The notes beneath the pieces are model-generated. The model was not told where the DNA came from. It was given only the letters and a program-made list of their open reading frames with translations, and did no database searches. A stretch of 43,080 bases of DNA from a virus (Duplodnaviria > Caudoviricetes): IMG/VR virus record IMGVR_UViG_3300025513_000015, positions 1-43,080 of that record. One strand, given 5' to 3'. Each line of letters opens with the position of its first letter. The stretch's first letter is position 1. Of this stretch, positions 27,030-37,227 are shown in pieces. The position numbers and the translations under genes were made by a program.

Positions 27030-27851
27030 ATGTTTAAATCTATTATTAAATCACTCAAAAAAGCAGCCCCCATTATTGGAGGTGCAGTTGGTGGTTATTT
27101 TCTGGGACCTATGGGAGCATCACTTGGTGCTGGATTAGGAACAGCTGCCCAAGGTGGTAGTGCAAGTGAAATTGCAACTAACGCTATGCTTGGTTATGGA
27201 ATTGGAAGTTTAGGTTCAATGGCAATGAAGAGTGGTGGAATAGGTTTTGGTAAACTTGGAGCTCAAACAGCCAGTCAAATGATACCATCAGGAATAGCTT
27301 CGATAGCAAACGCTCCTGGAGGATTCAGCGGAGCTAGTGCGCTTAAAGCATCTCAAGCTGCGGCCTCTGCAAACACCCCAAGTTTTTTAAGTGGCGTAGG
27401 AAAATTTGCAAAAGATAATAAATTATTAACTGGAGCATTAGGGCTTGGAGCTTTAGGAGCTCTAGGATCTTCAATGGAAGATGAGGAAGAAAGTACTATG
27501 ACTGCTCCTCCTATTCCAGGTAGCCGTGGCTCACTGAACACGGACCCCGCCCAAGTAACGTATTATGATAAAACTTTAGGAAGATATGGAGCAGCTTCTC
27601 CAACTTTAGCAGAGGGTGGTGACGTAAACTTTCCTCGTAGAGAAAAATTAGTGGAAGGTCCAGGCACAGAAAAGTCTGATGATATTCCAGCTATGTTAAG
27701 TGATGGTGAATTTGTGATGACTTCAGCTGCCGTTAGAGGACTTGGGACATTGAACGGTGCTGAGAAAGATGATAAGTTAGAGCAACGTCGAAAAGGTGCA
27801 CAACTAATGCAAGACATGATGAAAAAATTTGAAAAGAGAGCGGTAGCATAA
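27030..27851 (+). CDS. Putative internal virion/ejection protein
   Basis: Gly/Ala-rich hydrophobic helices; C-terminal LAEGG...GPGTEKSDDIPAMLSDGEFV module. Confidence 0.65.
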   Translation: MFKSIIKSLKKAAPIIGGAVGGYFLGPMGASLGAGLGTAAQGGSASEIATNAMLGYGIGSLGSMAMKSGGIGFGKLGAQTASQMIPSGIASIANAPGGFSGASALKASQAAASANTPSFLSGVGKFAKDNKLLTGALGLGALGALGSSMEDEEESTMTAPPIPGSRGSLNTDPAQVTYYDKTLGRYGAASPTLAEGGDVNFPRREKLVEGPGTEKSDDIPAMLSDGEFVMTSAAVRGLGTLNGAEKDDKLEQRRKGAQLMQDMMKKFEKRAVA

Positions 27852-28786
27852 TGGCAGAACAAACAGTATATAACAGACAAGCGCCTTTTATTGAGGACAG
27901 AGCAGAACAATTATTAGCCACAGTATTTGGAGCACCTCAAATTGGTCAAGTAGGGGACGCCGATTATCAAGCGGCTATTCAAGGATTAGCTAATACTTCT
28001 ACTAGTATTCCTGCTTATGAAGTTGCTCAATTAACGGCAGAACAACAACAAGCAGCGAATTTATCCTCAACAGGATTAGGGGCTTATCAACCTTTTTTAC
28101 AAGATTCAGCTAATACAGTTGCTACAGGTATAGCAACAACAGCTAATGCTGTTTCCACTTTAGACCCAGGTAATATTTCTAATTTCATGGATCCTTATTC
28201 TAGTAATGTAACACAAGCCGCACTAACAGAACTTCAAAGACAAGGGAATATTCAAGCGCAATCTACAGCGTCAGATGCCTTAGCCGCTGGAGCTTTTGGT
28301 GGAGGTAGATTTGGTGTTCGTGAAGCAGAAGACGCAAGAAATTTACTTCAAGTAAAATCACAAAGAATTTTTGAAGACTTATCTAGAAACTATTTACAAG
28401 CACAGCAAGCTCAACAATCAACCGCTTCTACTCTAGGTGCCCTTGGTCAACAACAACTTGCTGGAGCTCAAGCTCAAGCTGGTCTTGGAGCACAAACTCA
28501 AGCTTTAGGAGGAGTCGATATTGATAGACTTCTTGGTATTGGAAGTATGCAACAACAACAAAGTCAAGCTCAAATTGATGCAGCTAGAAGAACAAATATT
28601 GCTCAACAAAAAGAACCCTTTGAAAGAGCTTCTTTTGCTTCTGATATTTTAAGAGGCGTTCCTTCATCACAAATTAGTTATACACAAGCCCCTGACCCAT
28701 CAACCTTTCAGCAAATCGCTGGTTTAGGTATCGCTGGTCTTGGAGCTCTAGGTTCTATTGGCGGAATTTCTGGATTGAGGGGATAA
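27851..28786 (+). CDS. Putative DNA transfer/ejection protein
   Basis: Q/A-rich helices, FMDPY...AGAFGGGR, hydrophobic Gly-rich C-terminus. Confidence 0.65.
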   Translation: MAEQTVYNRQAPFIEDRAEQLLATVFGAPQIGQVGDADYQAAIQGLANTSTSIPAYEVAQLTAEQQQAANLSSTGLGAYQPFLQDSANTVATGIATTANAVSTLDPGNISNFMDPYSSNVTQAALTELQRQGNIQAQSTASDALAAGAFGGGRFGVREAEDARNLLQVKSQRIFEDLSRNYLQAQQAQQSTASTLGALGQQQLAGAQAQAGLGAQTQALGGVDIDRLLGIGSMQQQQSQAQIDAARRTNIAQQKEPFERASFASDILRGVPSSQISYTQAPDPSTFQQIAGLGIAGLGALGSIGGISGLRG

Positions 28787-30357
28787 TGGGTATTTTAGAT
28801 AGAGCCCTTTTTAGACGTAAGTTAAGTAAGGATGAACTTACGATGTATGGAATTCAAGCCTTTGCCAATGGAGGAATCGTAAGTCCTTATAATATGGCGA
28901 ATGGTGGACCAACAGATCCTAGTCAATTATTACCACAAACCCCTCCTGAAGAAATGTATGACTCTGGATTTAAATCTGCTAGAGAAACACTAGAACAAGC
29001 ATTTATGAAAAAACTTAACGAGTCAGGTTTTATAGAGGAATTAAAAAAAGCTCAAGAATCTGGCAATAAGAAAATGGAAGATACTTTAGTGAGTATGTAT
29101 AAAGAGATGTATCAAAGGGAAGTAGTAGATCCGGTAGAAGCAGGATCAGCTAGTGGAAACATGGGAGGTTTTGCTGTAGGTGGTGAAGTAGAAAGCGAAA
29201 ACCCTTTTGGAATTGATTTAGGTTACACCGAATCTGGAGCTATAAATTCTGATCCTATTCTAGGAGGAGCCTCTCTAGGATTGTCTGGCGGAGGAGGAGA
29301 GTCTAGTATACCTAGTTCTGATAATTCAACTTCTTCAGACTCATCAACAACAAAAGGACCTGGTGGAAGAATAAGGGAAAACACTACTACTACGGTAAAT
29401 ACTACTACTACTAAAAATCAATCAGGCAAGTACGCTGGAAAAAATGCTGGAGATATTATTGAAGAAAGTGAAATACAAGAAGATAAAAATGGTGTTCAAT
29501 TTAAAATTATTCGTAGATTAATAAGAGGTGCTAAAGGGGAATTAAGACTAGGAGGAGAAGAAAAAATAATCACCTATTCTCCTGAAAAAACAATAATAGG
29601 ACCTCGTGGAAGAAAAGTAGATAGTGAGGAAACAGGAAAAAAAGTAGATATAAGTAATACCTCAAACGAGAAAAAAGTTGATGATAATAAATTAGGAGCG
29701 GCAGCGGACAGTTCAGAAGTAGCGGAATTTGATACAGTTTCCAGACTACAAGAGTTAGTAAAAGATCGTTCAGAGTTATATAAACAAATTTTAGGTGATC
29801 CTACTAAACAAATGGCTAGTCAAGGTTTCCTTCAATTAGCTCAGTTTGGTTTAAACTTAGCAGCAGCGCAAGGTTCTAATTTTGCAGATAAAGTAGCTAA
29901 ATCTGCTAAAGATCCATTAACTGCTTTTGCTAAACTTGCTCAAGATGCACAAAACGATGAAAAAGGAATTCAATTAGCTGCACTTAAATCAGCGGAAGAT
30001 TTACTACAAATTGAAACAGCGAACGCAGGTAAACAGGCAACTAAAGAACAAGAGAAAAAAGCAATATTTGCTTCAGTGTATGAAGCAACAAACAGTATAT
30101 TAAACGCAGCCAAAGCTGCTGGAGGAATTCAAAATTCTTTACTTCAAACTTCTGTTGTAGATTTAATAACCCAATTCCCTTCTAAAAAAGAAGAAGGTAA
30201 AATTAAAACTAAAGACATAGATAGGGAAGCTATTTTTTATAAAATTATAGATGGAAAAAAAGTCCCAGTAGTTGTTAAAGAAGGATCAAAGAAAAATAAA
30301 ACTTTAGATCCTAACACGGATTTTATTGTTTTATCTGATACTGAAGTTTTAAACTAG
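28786..30357 (+). CDS. Putative internal virion protein
   Basis: ILDRALFR start; FANGG, MANGG, FAVGG; LQLAQFGLNL helix. Confidence 0.65.
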   Translation: MGILDRALFRRKLSKDELTMYGIQAFANGGIVSPYNMANGGPTDPSQLLPQTPPEEMYDSGFKSARETLEQAFMKKLNESGFIEELKKAQESGNKKMEDTLVSMYKEMYQREVVDPVEAGSASGNMGGFAVGGEVESENPFGIDLGYTESGAINSDPILGGASLGLSGGGGESSIPSSDNSTSSDSSTTKGPGGRIRENTTTTVNTTTTKNQSGKYAGKNAGDIIEESEIQEDKNGVQFKIIRRLIRGAKGELRLGGEEKIITYSPEKTIIGPRGRKVDSEETGKKVDISNTSNEKKVDDNKLGAAADSSEVAEFDTVSRLQELVKDRSELYKQILGDPTKQMASQGFLQLAQFGLNLAAAQGSNFADKVAKSAKDPLTAFAKLAQDAQNDEKGIQLAALKSAEDLLQIETANAGKQATKEQEKKAIFASVYEATNSILNAAKAAGGIQNSLLQTSVVDLITQFPSKKEEGKIKTKDIDREAIFYKIIDGKKVPVVVKEGSKKNKTLDPNTDFIVLSDTEVLN

Positions 30358-30369
30358 TTAGGAGTTATT

Positions 30370-33300
30370 ATGGCTTATGAATTTGGCGCCGATGGAAGTA
30401 TTATCAATACAGAGCCTACCAATCCTTCTGTTAAAAAAACAAACAGAGAAAGAGACGATGATGAATACAGTTCTATTCTTAGTGGTTTAGCGGGAGTAGG
30501 ATCAGGTCTCTTTAAAATACCAGAAGAGTTTATTTCTTTAGGAGCAACCCTTGTTGATTTAGGATTAGGTACTAATGGTGCAGCGGCGGTAGAACAATTC
30601 TTTGATAAAATTAATCCTTTTGATGATATGGCTGAGGCTACTACTACAGGTAAAGTAGTAGAAACTTTAGTTAGTCTAGGTATTCCAGGTACTGTTGGAT
30701 ATAAAATAGGTACAAAGCTAGCAAGACAAGCCATACAAGCAAAAAAAATTGGCAAGTACGCTGACGTTACAAAATTAAAAGCAGCGAAAAAAGGGCTAGA
30801 TGATTCTTTTGACTTAGATAAATTAGTAAAAGTTGATGTTGGTCCTCCTGTCGCTAAGCTCCCTTCGGAAATAGCGAAGGAAGGTTTAGACAAAATAGAA
30901 TCAGAAGCATTAAAGAAATTTAATAATGTTTTTGATAGGTTGCCTGAAAGAACACAACTTAAAAAAAATATTTTAGAGAAGTCTCAATTATTTGCCGCTG
31001 GTTTAGGAGGCGGAGCTCTTGCTGATTTTGTTTTTGGTGATGAAAGTATAGGTACCTTAGGAGATAGTTATGGAGGACCTACTAAAAGAGATACAGTAGA
31101 AGAAGAAGGAAGAGGAGAAGCAGCTAGATTATTAGCCAACAGATTAAAATTTGCGGCAGAAGGAGCTGTCTTTGGTTCTGTCATTGGAGGAGTAGGTGGA
31201 GCTATAGGTAAAGCAACTAAAGAAGTTAAGTACACAATAAGTAAAAATGCTATTGACAATAAATTTAAAAAAATCATAGCTGCTTTTACTCCTCAAGGTG
31301 TTAATCCACGACCTATATTTGAAGCAATGCAAAATCAAATCAATGAAGTAGGAAGATTTAAAACAGAAGGTCAAGCAATAGCTCGTACTTTACAAAGGTC
31401 AGCAGAAAGTTTAATTAAAAAAAGTCAAAAAAATATTGAACTTAAACCAGGACAAAAAAAAGAAGAACAAACTCAAGAGTTGATTGAAGAGCTAGCGGGA
31501 GGAGTAGATGACTACTTAGGAGGAAGTAAAGATAGACTAAACAATATTTTTAATAAGTTAAAAATAAAAGATGAAGAAGTAAATATTTTTACTAAAAAGA
31601 TAGATCAAGGTCGTGACATTATTGATACTTATTCTAATGTTATTTTAAAAGTTATTCCTGAAGGAGAAGCCTACGACCCCCTTAGAAAAGCTATTAAAGA
31701 AAATCTAGGTAGCTACAACACTGCTACTTATCAAGTTATAGAAAGAAAAAATACAGCTGGTCAACTTTTTAAAGATTATGCTCCAGGGGAAGCAGCGACG
31801 AAAACGGCTAAAAATTGGTTTATTGGTCAAATTAATAAGGGCAACATAGCAAGAGAAGCTGGAGTGTCTATTGAAGATCAAGCGGACAGGAGCTTAACAA
31901 ATTTTTTAAAGAATGGAATAGACTCTGCTCAGGAAGCCCCTTTAGCAAAAGTTATGGGTATAAGTATAGAAGATGGAATTTTAAAACCAAAAAATCTACC
32001 TAACGAACTTAAAGCATTTTTGGGAGAAGTTAAGAATCCTTATTATAAAATTTCTTCTACTATTGCTAAACAGGGATCACTTATTACCTCAGTAGAAATG
32101 TTAAACAGTCTTTCAAAACTAGGAAAGGGAAAAATATTTTTTAACACAGCGAAAGAAGCAGAGAACGCCTTAGGAGGTTCAGGGAAAGATATACAAAAAC
32201 TAAGTGTTAACTCTGAGGTCTTTGGAGGCAAAGCAGCACAAGGAGGAATAGGAGAGTTATATACTACAAAAGAAATTGCTGATGGATTTGTTAATCAAGT
32301 CAAGGGAGCACAAAATGGAACAGTAAGTAGTCTCTATGAATTTTTTGTCTTGACTCCTAAAAGACTTTCTCAAGAAGCTAAAACTATTTTTTCTCCTTTT
32401 ACTCATGCTCGTAACTTATTAAGTGCTGGTGCCTTTACCCTTATGAATGGAAATATTGATTTTGTTAATCCTGGAAGAATGAAAGACGCCTTTAAAAAAT
32501 CTTTTTCTGCCTTCAGTAAAGGTAAAAATAGTGAAGAAGCTTTTGATTTATACTTAGATTATAATCGTAGAGGTATTGGAGGAACTAATACCGTGATTGG
32601 TGAGCTTCAAGAGTTAGGAGCAAACATAGGAAAAGTTAATGAAGTAGATGAATCTCTTGTTATGAAAACATCTCTTGAAAAAGCAGCGGGAGGCTTTCAA
32701 AAACTTAGACAATTTATTACGGATAAATATATGGCGGAAGATGATTTTTGGAAAATTTATAATTACAATTTTGAACAAGGTAGTTATAAAGGTTTTGTAA
32801 ATAACTTTTTAGCTAGAAGCCCAGAAAATTTAGGTATTAAAAACGAGAAACAGCTTAGTGACTTGTTGAAAAAAGCTTTTAATAAAGAAGAACTACTTCC
32901 TAATGAAACCCAAGTCCTTACTCAATTTCAAAAAAAAATTGGTAGATTATTGGGAAGAAAAGACATTACACTAGATGATCCTATTTTTAAAAGATATTCT
33001 AATGCTAGTGCAGGACTTAGAGATATTGATCCAGCGACAGGGCTCCCTATTATCAATCCAAGAACAGGGACGGTAAATTATAAAGATGGTACTTTTTTAA
33101 AAGATCCTGCTACCGGTCAAATTTATGATAGAGATTTAATAAATTTAGAAGATCCAGTAGAAGCTTTAATTAAAAATTTATCTGCTGATGTTACAAAAAA
33201 TAATATTCCTAACTACTCTTATGTAGGAGATGCTATTAAATCTCTTCGAAAGCTACCCTTAGGTACTTTTGTAGCTTTTCCAGCTGAAATTATTAGAACA

Positions 33301-34653
33301 GGTTTTAACACTATACAAAGAGCAGCGAGGGAATTATCTATTGCTGAGACAAGAGGTATAGGTATGCGAAGAATGGCTGGTGTTTTAGGTACAGGAGCGG
33401 CACTTCCTGTAGGTGCTGTTGAATTAGGAAAACAATTATCTGGATTTACAGAAGATGAAATGCAGGCTTTAAGAAGATTTGTTCCTTCTTGGTCTGAAAA
33501 CTCTTTACTTGTTCCAACAGGAAGAGATGAAGACAGTGGTAAAATTCAATACATAGATTTATCTTATATTTATCCTTACGATTCTCTGCTTAGACCAGCG
33601 AGAACTGTAATGAACCAACTTCAAGAGGGAAAAATAACTGATGAAAACATAATGACTTCTTTAACAGAAGGGGGAATCATGTCTATGAAAGAATTAGTAA
33701 AACCCTTTATGTCCGAAGCTATTTATGTAGAAGCAATGACCGACCTTTTAGTAAGGAATGGTAGAACACGAGAAAATAGTCAAGTATTTAGACCAGAAGA
33801 TCCAATTGGGGAAAAACTTTATAAAGGAACAATGCACATTGTTGACACTTTGACACCAGGTTCAATTGACCAAGCTTTAAGAATAGGTGGGGCTCCTTTT
33901 AACGTAGCAGATAAATATGGTAAAACTTATGATTTAGGGGATGAAATAGGTGGTATTTTTGGATTTAGAAATATTGAAGTAGATCCGGAACAATCTTTTA
34001 AATTTATGATTAGTGATTTTAATAAAAGTATTTCTGGAGCAAGAGCTACTTTCTTAGGTGATGCTTTAAAAGGTGGAGCTGTTACTCCTAACCAAGTTTT
34101 AAATCAATATTTGGGGGCAGAGCAAAGTAGATACAAAGCATTTCAAAATATGTATAAAAATGTAGAGGCAGCTGAAATATTAGGAATGAAAAAAAATCAA
34201 ATATTTAACCAGTTAGAAAGACTTCCTAAAAAAACAAGGAATTCAATTTTACAAGGAATCTATCAACCCTATGTTCCAAGTCCAGAGGTAAGAAAACTTT
34301 TTTATACTAATGCTTTAGCTCTTTCTAGAGAAACAGGTGCTCCTTTAATTGATCCTTTTGGTGGAGCTCAAACTCAAATTAGTAGATATATTAATGATAA
34401 TTGGGGTAATAACTTATTAGATGAACCTATAGATATAGATTATAGTTTGCCTAATCTTCAAGATGGTATTTTTGAAGGATTGTTCCAGTCTACTGGACCA
34501 GTGACCCCTGCCAACTCTGCGGGGAAAAAAGTAACACCAGCCATTATTAATGATAACAATCAAGCTGGATTAACTCCCTTTGAAGAGGCAACCTTAGATC
34601 CTATATCCAAACAAATTCTATTGAACTCACAAAATAATCAAGGTAATGTGTAA
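30370..34653 (+). CDS. Large internal virion/ejection protein (1427 aa)
   Basis: AGGAG SD; size and position at the end of the podovirus morphogenesis block; no enzyme motif recognised. Confidence 0.65.
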   Translation: MAYEFGADGSIINTEPTNPSVKKTNRERDDDEYSSILSGLAGVGSGLFKIPEEFISLGATLVDLGLGTNGAAAVEQFFDKINPFDDMAEATTTGKVVETLVSLGIPGTVGYKIGTKLARQAIQAKKIGKYADVTKLKAAKKGLDDSFDLDKLVKVDVGPPVAKLPSEIAKEGLDKIESEALKKFNNVFDRLPERTQLKKNILEKSQLFAAGLGGGALADFVFGDESIGTLGDSYGGPTKRDTVEEEGRGEAARLLANRLKFAAEGAVFGSVIGGVGGAIGKATKEVKYTISKNAIDNKFKKIIAAFTPQGVNPRPIFEAMQNQINEVGRFKTEGQAIARTLQRSAESLIKKSQKNIELKPGQKKEEQTQELIEELAGGVDDYLGGSKDRLNNIFNKLKIKDEEVNIFTKKIDQGRDIIDTYSNVILKVIPEGEAYDPLRKAIKENLGSYNTATYQVIERKNTAGQLFKDYAPGEAATKTAKNWFIGQINKGNIAREAGVSIEDQADRSLTNFLKNGIDSAQEAPLAKVMGISIEDGILKPKNLPNELKAFLGEVKNPYYKISSTIAKQGSLITSVEMLNSLSKLGKGKIFFNTAKEAENALGGSGKDIQKLSVNSEVFGGKAAQGGIGELYTTKEIADGFVNQVKGAQNGTVSSLYEFFVLTPKRLSQEAKTIFSPFTHARNLLSAGAFTLMNGNIDFVNPGRMKDAFKKSFSAFSKGKNSEEAFDLYLDYNRRGIGGTNTVIGELQELGANIGKVNEVDESLVMKTSLEKAAGGFQKLRQFITDKYMAEDDFWKIYNYNFEQGSYKGFVNNFLARSPENLGIKNEKQLSDLLKKAFNKEELLPNETQVLTQFQKKIGRLLGRKDITLDDPIFKRYSNASAGLRDIDPATGLPIINPRTGTVNYKDGTFLKDPATGQIYDRDLINLEDPVEALIKNLSADVTKNNIPNYSYVGDAIKSLRKLPLGTFVAFPAEIIRTGFNTIQRAARELSIAETRGIGMRRMAGVLGTGAALPVGAVELGKQLSGFTEDEMQALRRFVPSWSENSLLVPTGRDEDSGKIQYIDLSYIYPYDSLLRPARTVMNQLQEGKITDENIMTSLTEGGIMSMKELVKPFMSEAIYVEAMTDLLVRNGRTRENSQVFRPEDPIGEKLYKGTMHIVDTLTPGSIDQALRIGGAPFNVADKYGKTYDLGDEIGGIFGFRNIEVDPEQSFKFMISDFNKSISGARATFLGDALKGGAVTPNQVLNQYLGAEQSRYKAFQNMYKNVEAAEILGMKKNQIFNQLERLPKKTRNSILQGIYQPYVPSPEVRKLFYTNALALSRETGAPLIDPFGGAQTQISRYINDNWGNNLLDEPIDIDYSLPNLQDGIFEGLFQSTGPVTPANSAGKKVTPAIINDNNQAGLTPFEEATLDPISKQILLNSQNNQGNV

Positions 34654-34655
34654 AA

Positions 34656-36503
34656 ATGGCTGAATCTGATAAACAAAAAAAACAAAAAGCTAACTTTGAC
34701 AGGCTCTATAGAAAAAGAGTTCAACAAGATGATGCTTATAGAGTAGGTCCAAAAAAAGATAAGCCGACAAAAGAAATTAATACAGACAATGTAGGTCCTT
34801 ATAATAGAGATATTCAAAGATATGACAATCCATTTGAAAGAAATAATCCTAATCAAATGGCTGCGGATGAAAAAATTATTCAAGACGCTGCTCAAAAATA
34901 TAACATACAAGACACAGGACCAGGTTCAAATATTCGTAACGAATTAGAACGTATGCGTAATAAAAATTATCAAAGAGCAAATCCAGAAGAATTAAAAGTA
35001 GCTAACTCAATGAATCTTGGGCAAACGAATATTGGAAGTAATCAATACTTCACGGCCCAACAACCAACCTTTGCAGAAGTTAGGGGAGATGTTAGAACAA
35101 GATTAGGACAAGATGCACGAAATTATGGTGGTGGAATTAAGTCCGCGGTGTCTGCGATGGCTAATGCGGCTTTGCCAGGTAAGATGTTTGAAATGGCTAG
35201 TGCGGGTTTAAAATCTTTAAATTCTTTATCCGGCCAAACTAAAAATTTATACTCAGGAACTGTAAATCTTTTTAAAGAAGGCGTAGGTGCATTAAATGAT
35301 GTTCAACAACAAATATTTATGAACCCTGAAAAATATAAATTCGCAAGAAATCAAGAAGAGATTATAAATGCTGAAGAAAAAGAAGATGAAGTAAATAGAT
35401 TAGAAACTCTTAATGAAAAAATAGAAGCAGACAGAAAACAATTCGAAGACTTATTAAACATAAGTGTTACAGATAATTATTATAGAAACCGTATGCAACA
35501 AGATGATGCTTATAGACTAGACAGCACTTCGAATATGCCTGGCGGCACACCAATCACTGCAAATATACCAGGAGGAAGACCAATTGGAACTGCAAATATA
35601 CCAGGAGGCACACCAATCGGCACTGCGAATGCGCCAGGAGGAAGAGGGAATTTTTTAGATAGCGATGCTTACAGAGAAATGCTTTTAAATAATTATCAAG
35701 AAAGAGAAATGGGTACAGGAAATATGCCAGGAGGAGTTGATACCATGGGACTACCTGTTCAAGGAGATATAACAACAGATGTAAATAAAGACCTTATTAT
35801 TCCATTTATAAATGAAACACCTATAGGGGAATTAGATACTGACTTAGGTATAAAAAGTTTAAATGAATTTGACGTCAGAAGTTTAGGTGGAAATAATGAA
35901 GAGCCAAGAGATAATAATAACGCTTTTGGTGACGAAGCATCAAATTCTATTACACCTTATAATAACGCTTTTAATTTAGAATTTAGAAATCAAGAGGGAG
36001 CAACGCCTGGATACGGAGGAGATGACGGTCAAAGATTTGCAAGTTTTGAAGACTTAGATGTTGGGTTAAAAACGGGGGTTAATAGAATTTCTGAAATAGT
36101 AGGAGATGGTAGAAGCACAGAAGGATTTTTAAATATTTATGCTCCTAGATCAGATAATAAAAAATCTTTTGATAATTATTTAGCTGAGTTAGTAAAAAGA
36201 GTAGGGCCTACTATTGAGCCTAATGAAATTAAAGAACTAAGCGAAGGGGTAGTTAAATTTGAAAATAAACCAGAAATAGCGGATAAGTATTTAGCTTATC
36301 TTCAAGCAAACGCTGATAAAATTTATGATGGAATTATTTCATCTAAGAATAACACAATGTTAGCTGAAATTACACAAAAAGACATAGATAGATTTAAACA
36401 ACCTATGACACAAATGATGAATTTTGAAACTTACAAAGACATTAATCTAGACTCCACTATAACACGACAAGAATTTGACCAATTAAAAGCACGAGTGGCG
36501 TAG
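34656..36503 (+). CDS. Repeat-containing protein with a possible C-terminal lysozyme-like domain
   Basis: NxPGG repeats; NNAFNL...RFASF...G...YAP.SDN...Y pattern resembling NNPGNI-type phage virion proteins. Confidence 0.6.
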   Translation: MAESDKQKKQKANFDRLYRKRVQQDDAYRVGPKKDKPTKEINTDNVGPYNRDIQRYDNPFERNNPNQMAADEKIIQDAAQKYNIQDTGPGSNIRNELERMRNKNYQRANPEELKVANSMNLGQTNIGSNQYFTAQQPTFAEVRGDVRTRLGQDARNYGGGIKSAVSAMANAALPGKMFEMASAGLKSLNSLSGQTKNLYSGTVNLFKEGVGALNDVQQQIFMNPEKYKFARNQEEIINAEEKEDEVNRLETLNEKIEADRKQFEDLLNISVTDNYYRNRMQQDDAYRLDSTSNMPGGTPITANIPGGRPIGTANIPGGTPIGTANAPGGRGNFLDSDAYREMLLNNYQEREMGTGNMPGGVDTMGLPVQGDITTDVNKDLIIPFINETPIGELDTDLGIKSLNEFDVRSLGGNNEEPRDNNNAFGDEASNSITPYNNAFNLEFRNQEGATPGYGGDDGQRFASFEDLDVGLKTGVNRISEIVGDGRSTEGFLNIYAPRSDNKKSFDNYLAELVKRVGPTIEPNEIKELSEGVVKFENKPEIADKYLAYLQANADKIYDGIISSKNNTMLAEITQKDIDRFKQPMTQMMNFETYKDINLDSTITRQEFDQLKARVA

Positions 36504-36508
36504 ACTAA

Positions 36509-36949
36509 TTGATAGACCTCACAAAAATTTTTAAGGACAGAGTACGTCTCCATGAAGGGTGCGTCGAAATCGTCTATTTAGATAGTCTGGGTAAGGCTAC
36601 CATTGGTATAGGTCACCTTGTACAACCACATGAAAAAGAAAGATACAAAGAAGGTGTGACTTTATCTCAACAAGAAATCGAAGATTTATTTGATATAGAT
36701 TTAAACAGAGCAGCTGCTGGAGCAGAAGAATTAATTGGAAATTTAGAGCTCCCTCAAAATATTCAGCATGTCATTGTTGAAATGGTTTTTCAGCTTGGAA
36801 AAACTGGCGTTTCGAAATTTAAAAATATGTGGAAAGCTCTCTCTGAAAAGAACTTTGTACAAGCAGCAGTTGAAATGCGAGACTCACAATGGAGAACACA
36901 AACCCCAGGTAGATGTGAGTCCTTAGCTAAAATCGTTGAAAACGCTTGA
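36509..36949 (+). CDS. Lysozyme/endolysin (GH24, T4-like)
   Basis: HEG....YLDSLG..TIGIGHL (E-D-T triad), EMVFQLG..GV.KFK.M, DSQW..QTP.R. Confidence 0.9.
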   Translation: MIDLTKIFKDRVRLHEGCVEIVYLDSLGKATIGIGHLVQPHEKERYKEGVTLSQQEIEDLFDIDLNRAAAGAEELIGNLELPQNIQHVIVEMVFQLGKTGVSKFKNMWKALSEKNFVQAAVEMRDSQWRTQTPGRCESLAKIVENA

Positions 36950-37011
36950 TTTTTTTTTCTTTTTTAAGAAGCATACAGGGGGTACTTAAAAGTTTATAAG
37001 TAGATTTATAT

Positions 37012-37227
37012 ATGATTATTAAATTTTTTTTAGTAGGATTTTTTTGTGTAGCTACAAACGATTGTATTAGAGTATCAGGACCGTCAGGATTTGATAGCTA
37101 CGAAAAGTGCGTACGATATGCCAATGCCATAGAACAAAATTTGCTAAACTATACAAAAGGTAAAGCTGTAGAAATAGATTTGAGTTGTATCGATGCGTTT
37201 GAACTACCTGGAATAAACTTTATATAG
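37012..37227 (+). CDS. Small Cys-containing, possibly exported protein
   Basis: Hydrophobic N-terminus, four Cys, F.SYEKC pattern. Confidence 0.6.
   Translation: MIIKFFLVGFFCVATNDCIRVSGPSGFDSYEKCVRYANAIEQNLLNYTKGKAVEIDLSCIDAFELPGINFI

Noticed and set aside
30370-34653. Virion RNA polymerase (N4- or crAss-like)
   Set aside because: No DxDGD/DFDID or T7-type polymerase motifs found by eye; a structure search would be needed to exclude it fully.
1736-35775. Many - strand and alternate-frame ORFs overlapping structural genes (e.g. 1736-2281, 5580-5921, 9825-10196, 16130-16549, 30375-30893)
   Set aside because: They are shadows of well-supported + strand genes, with no recognisable motifs or SDs.
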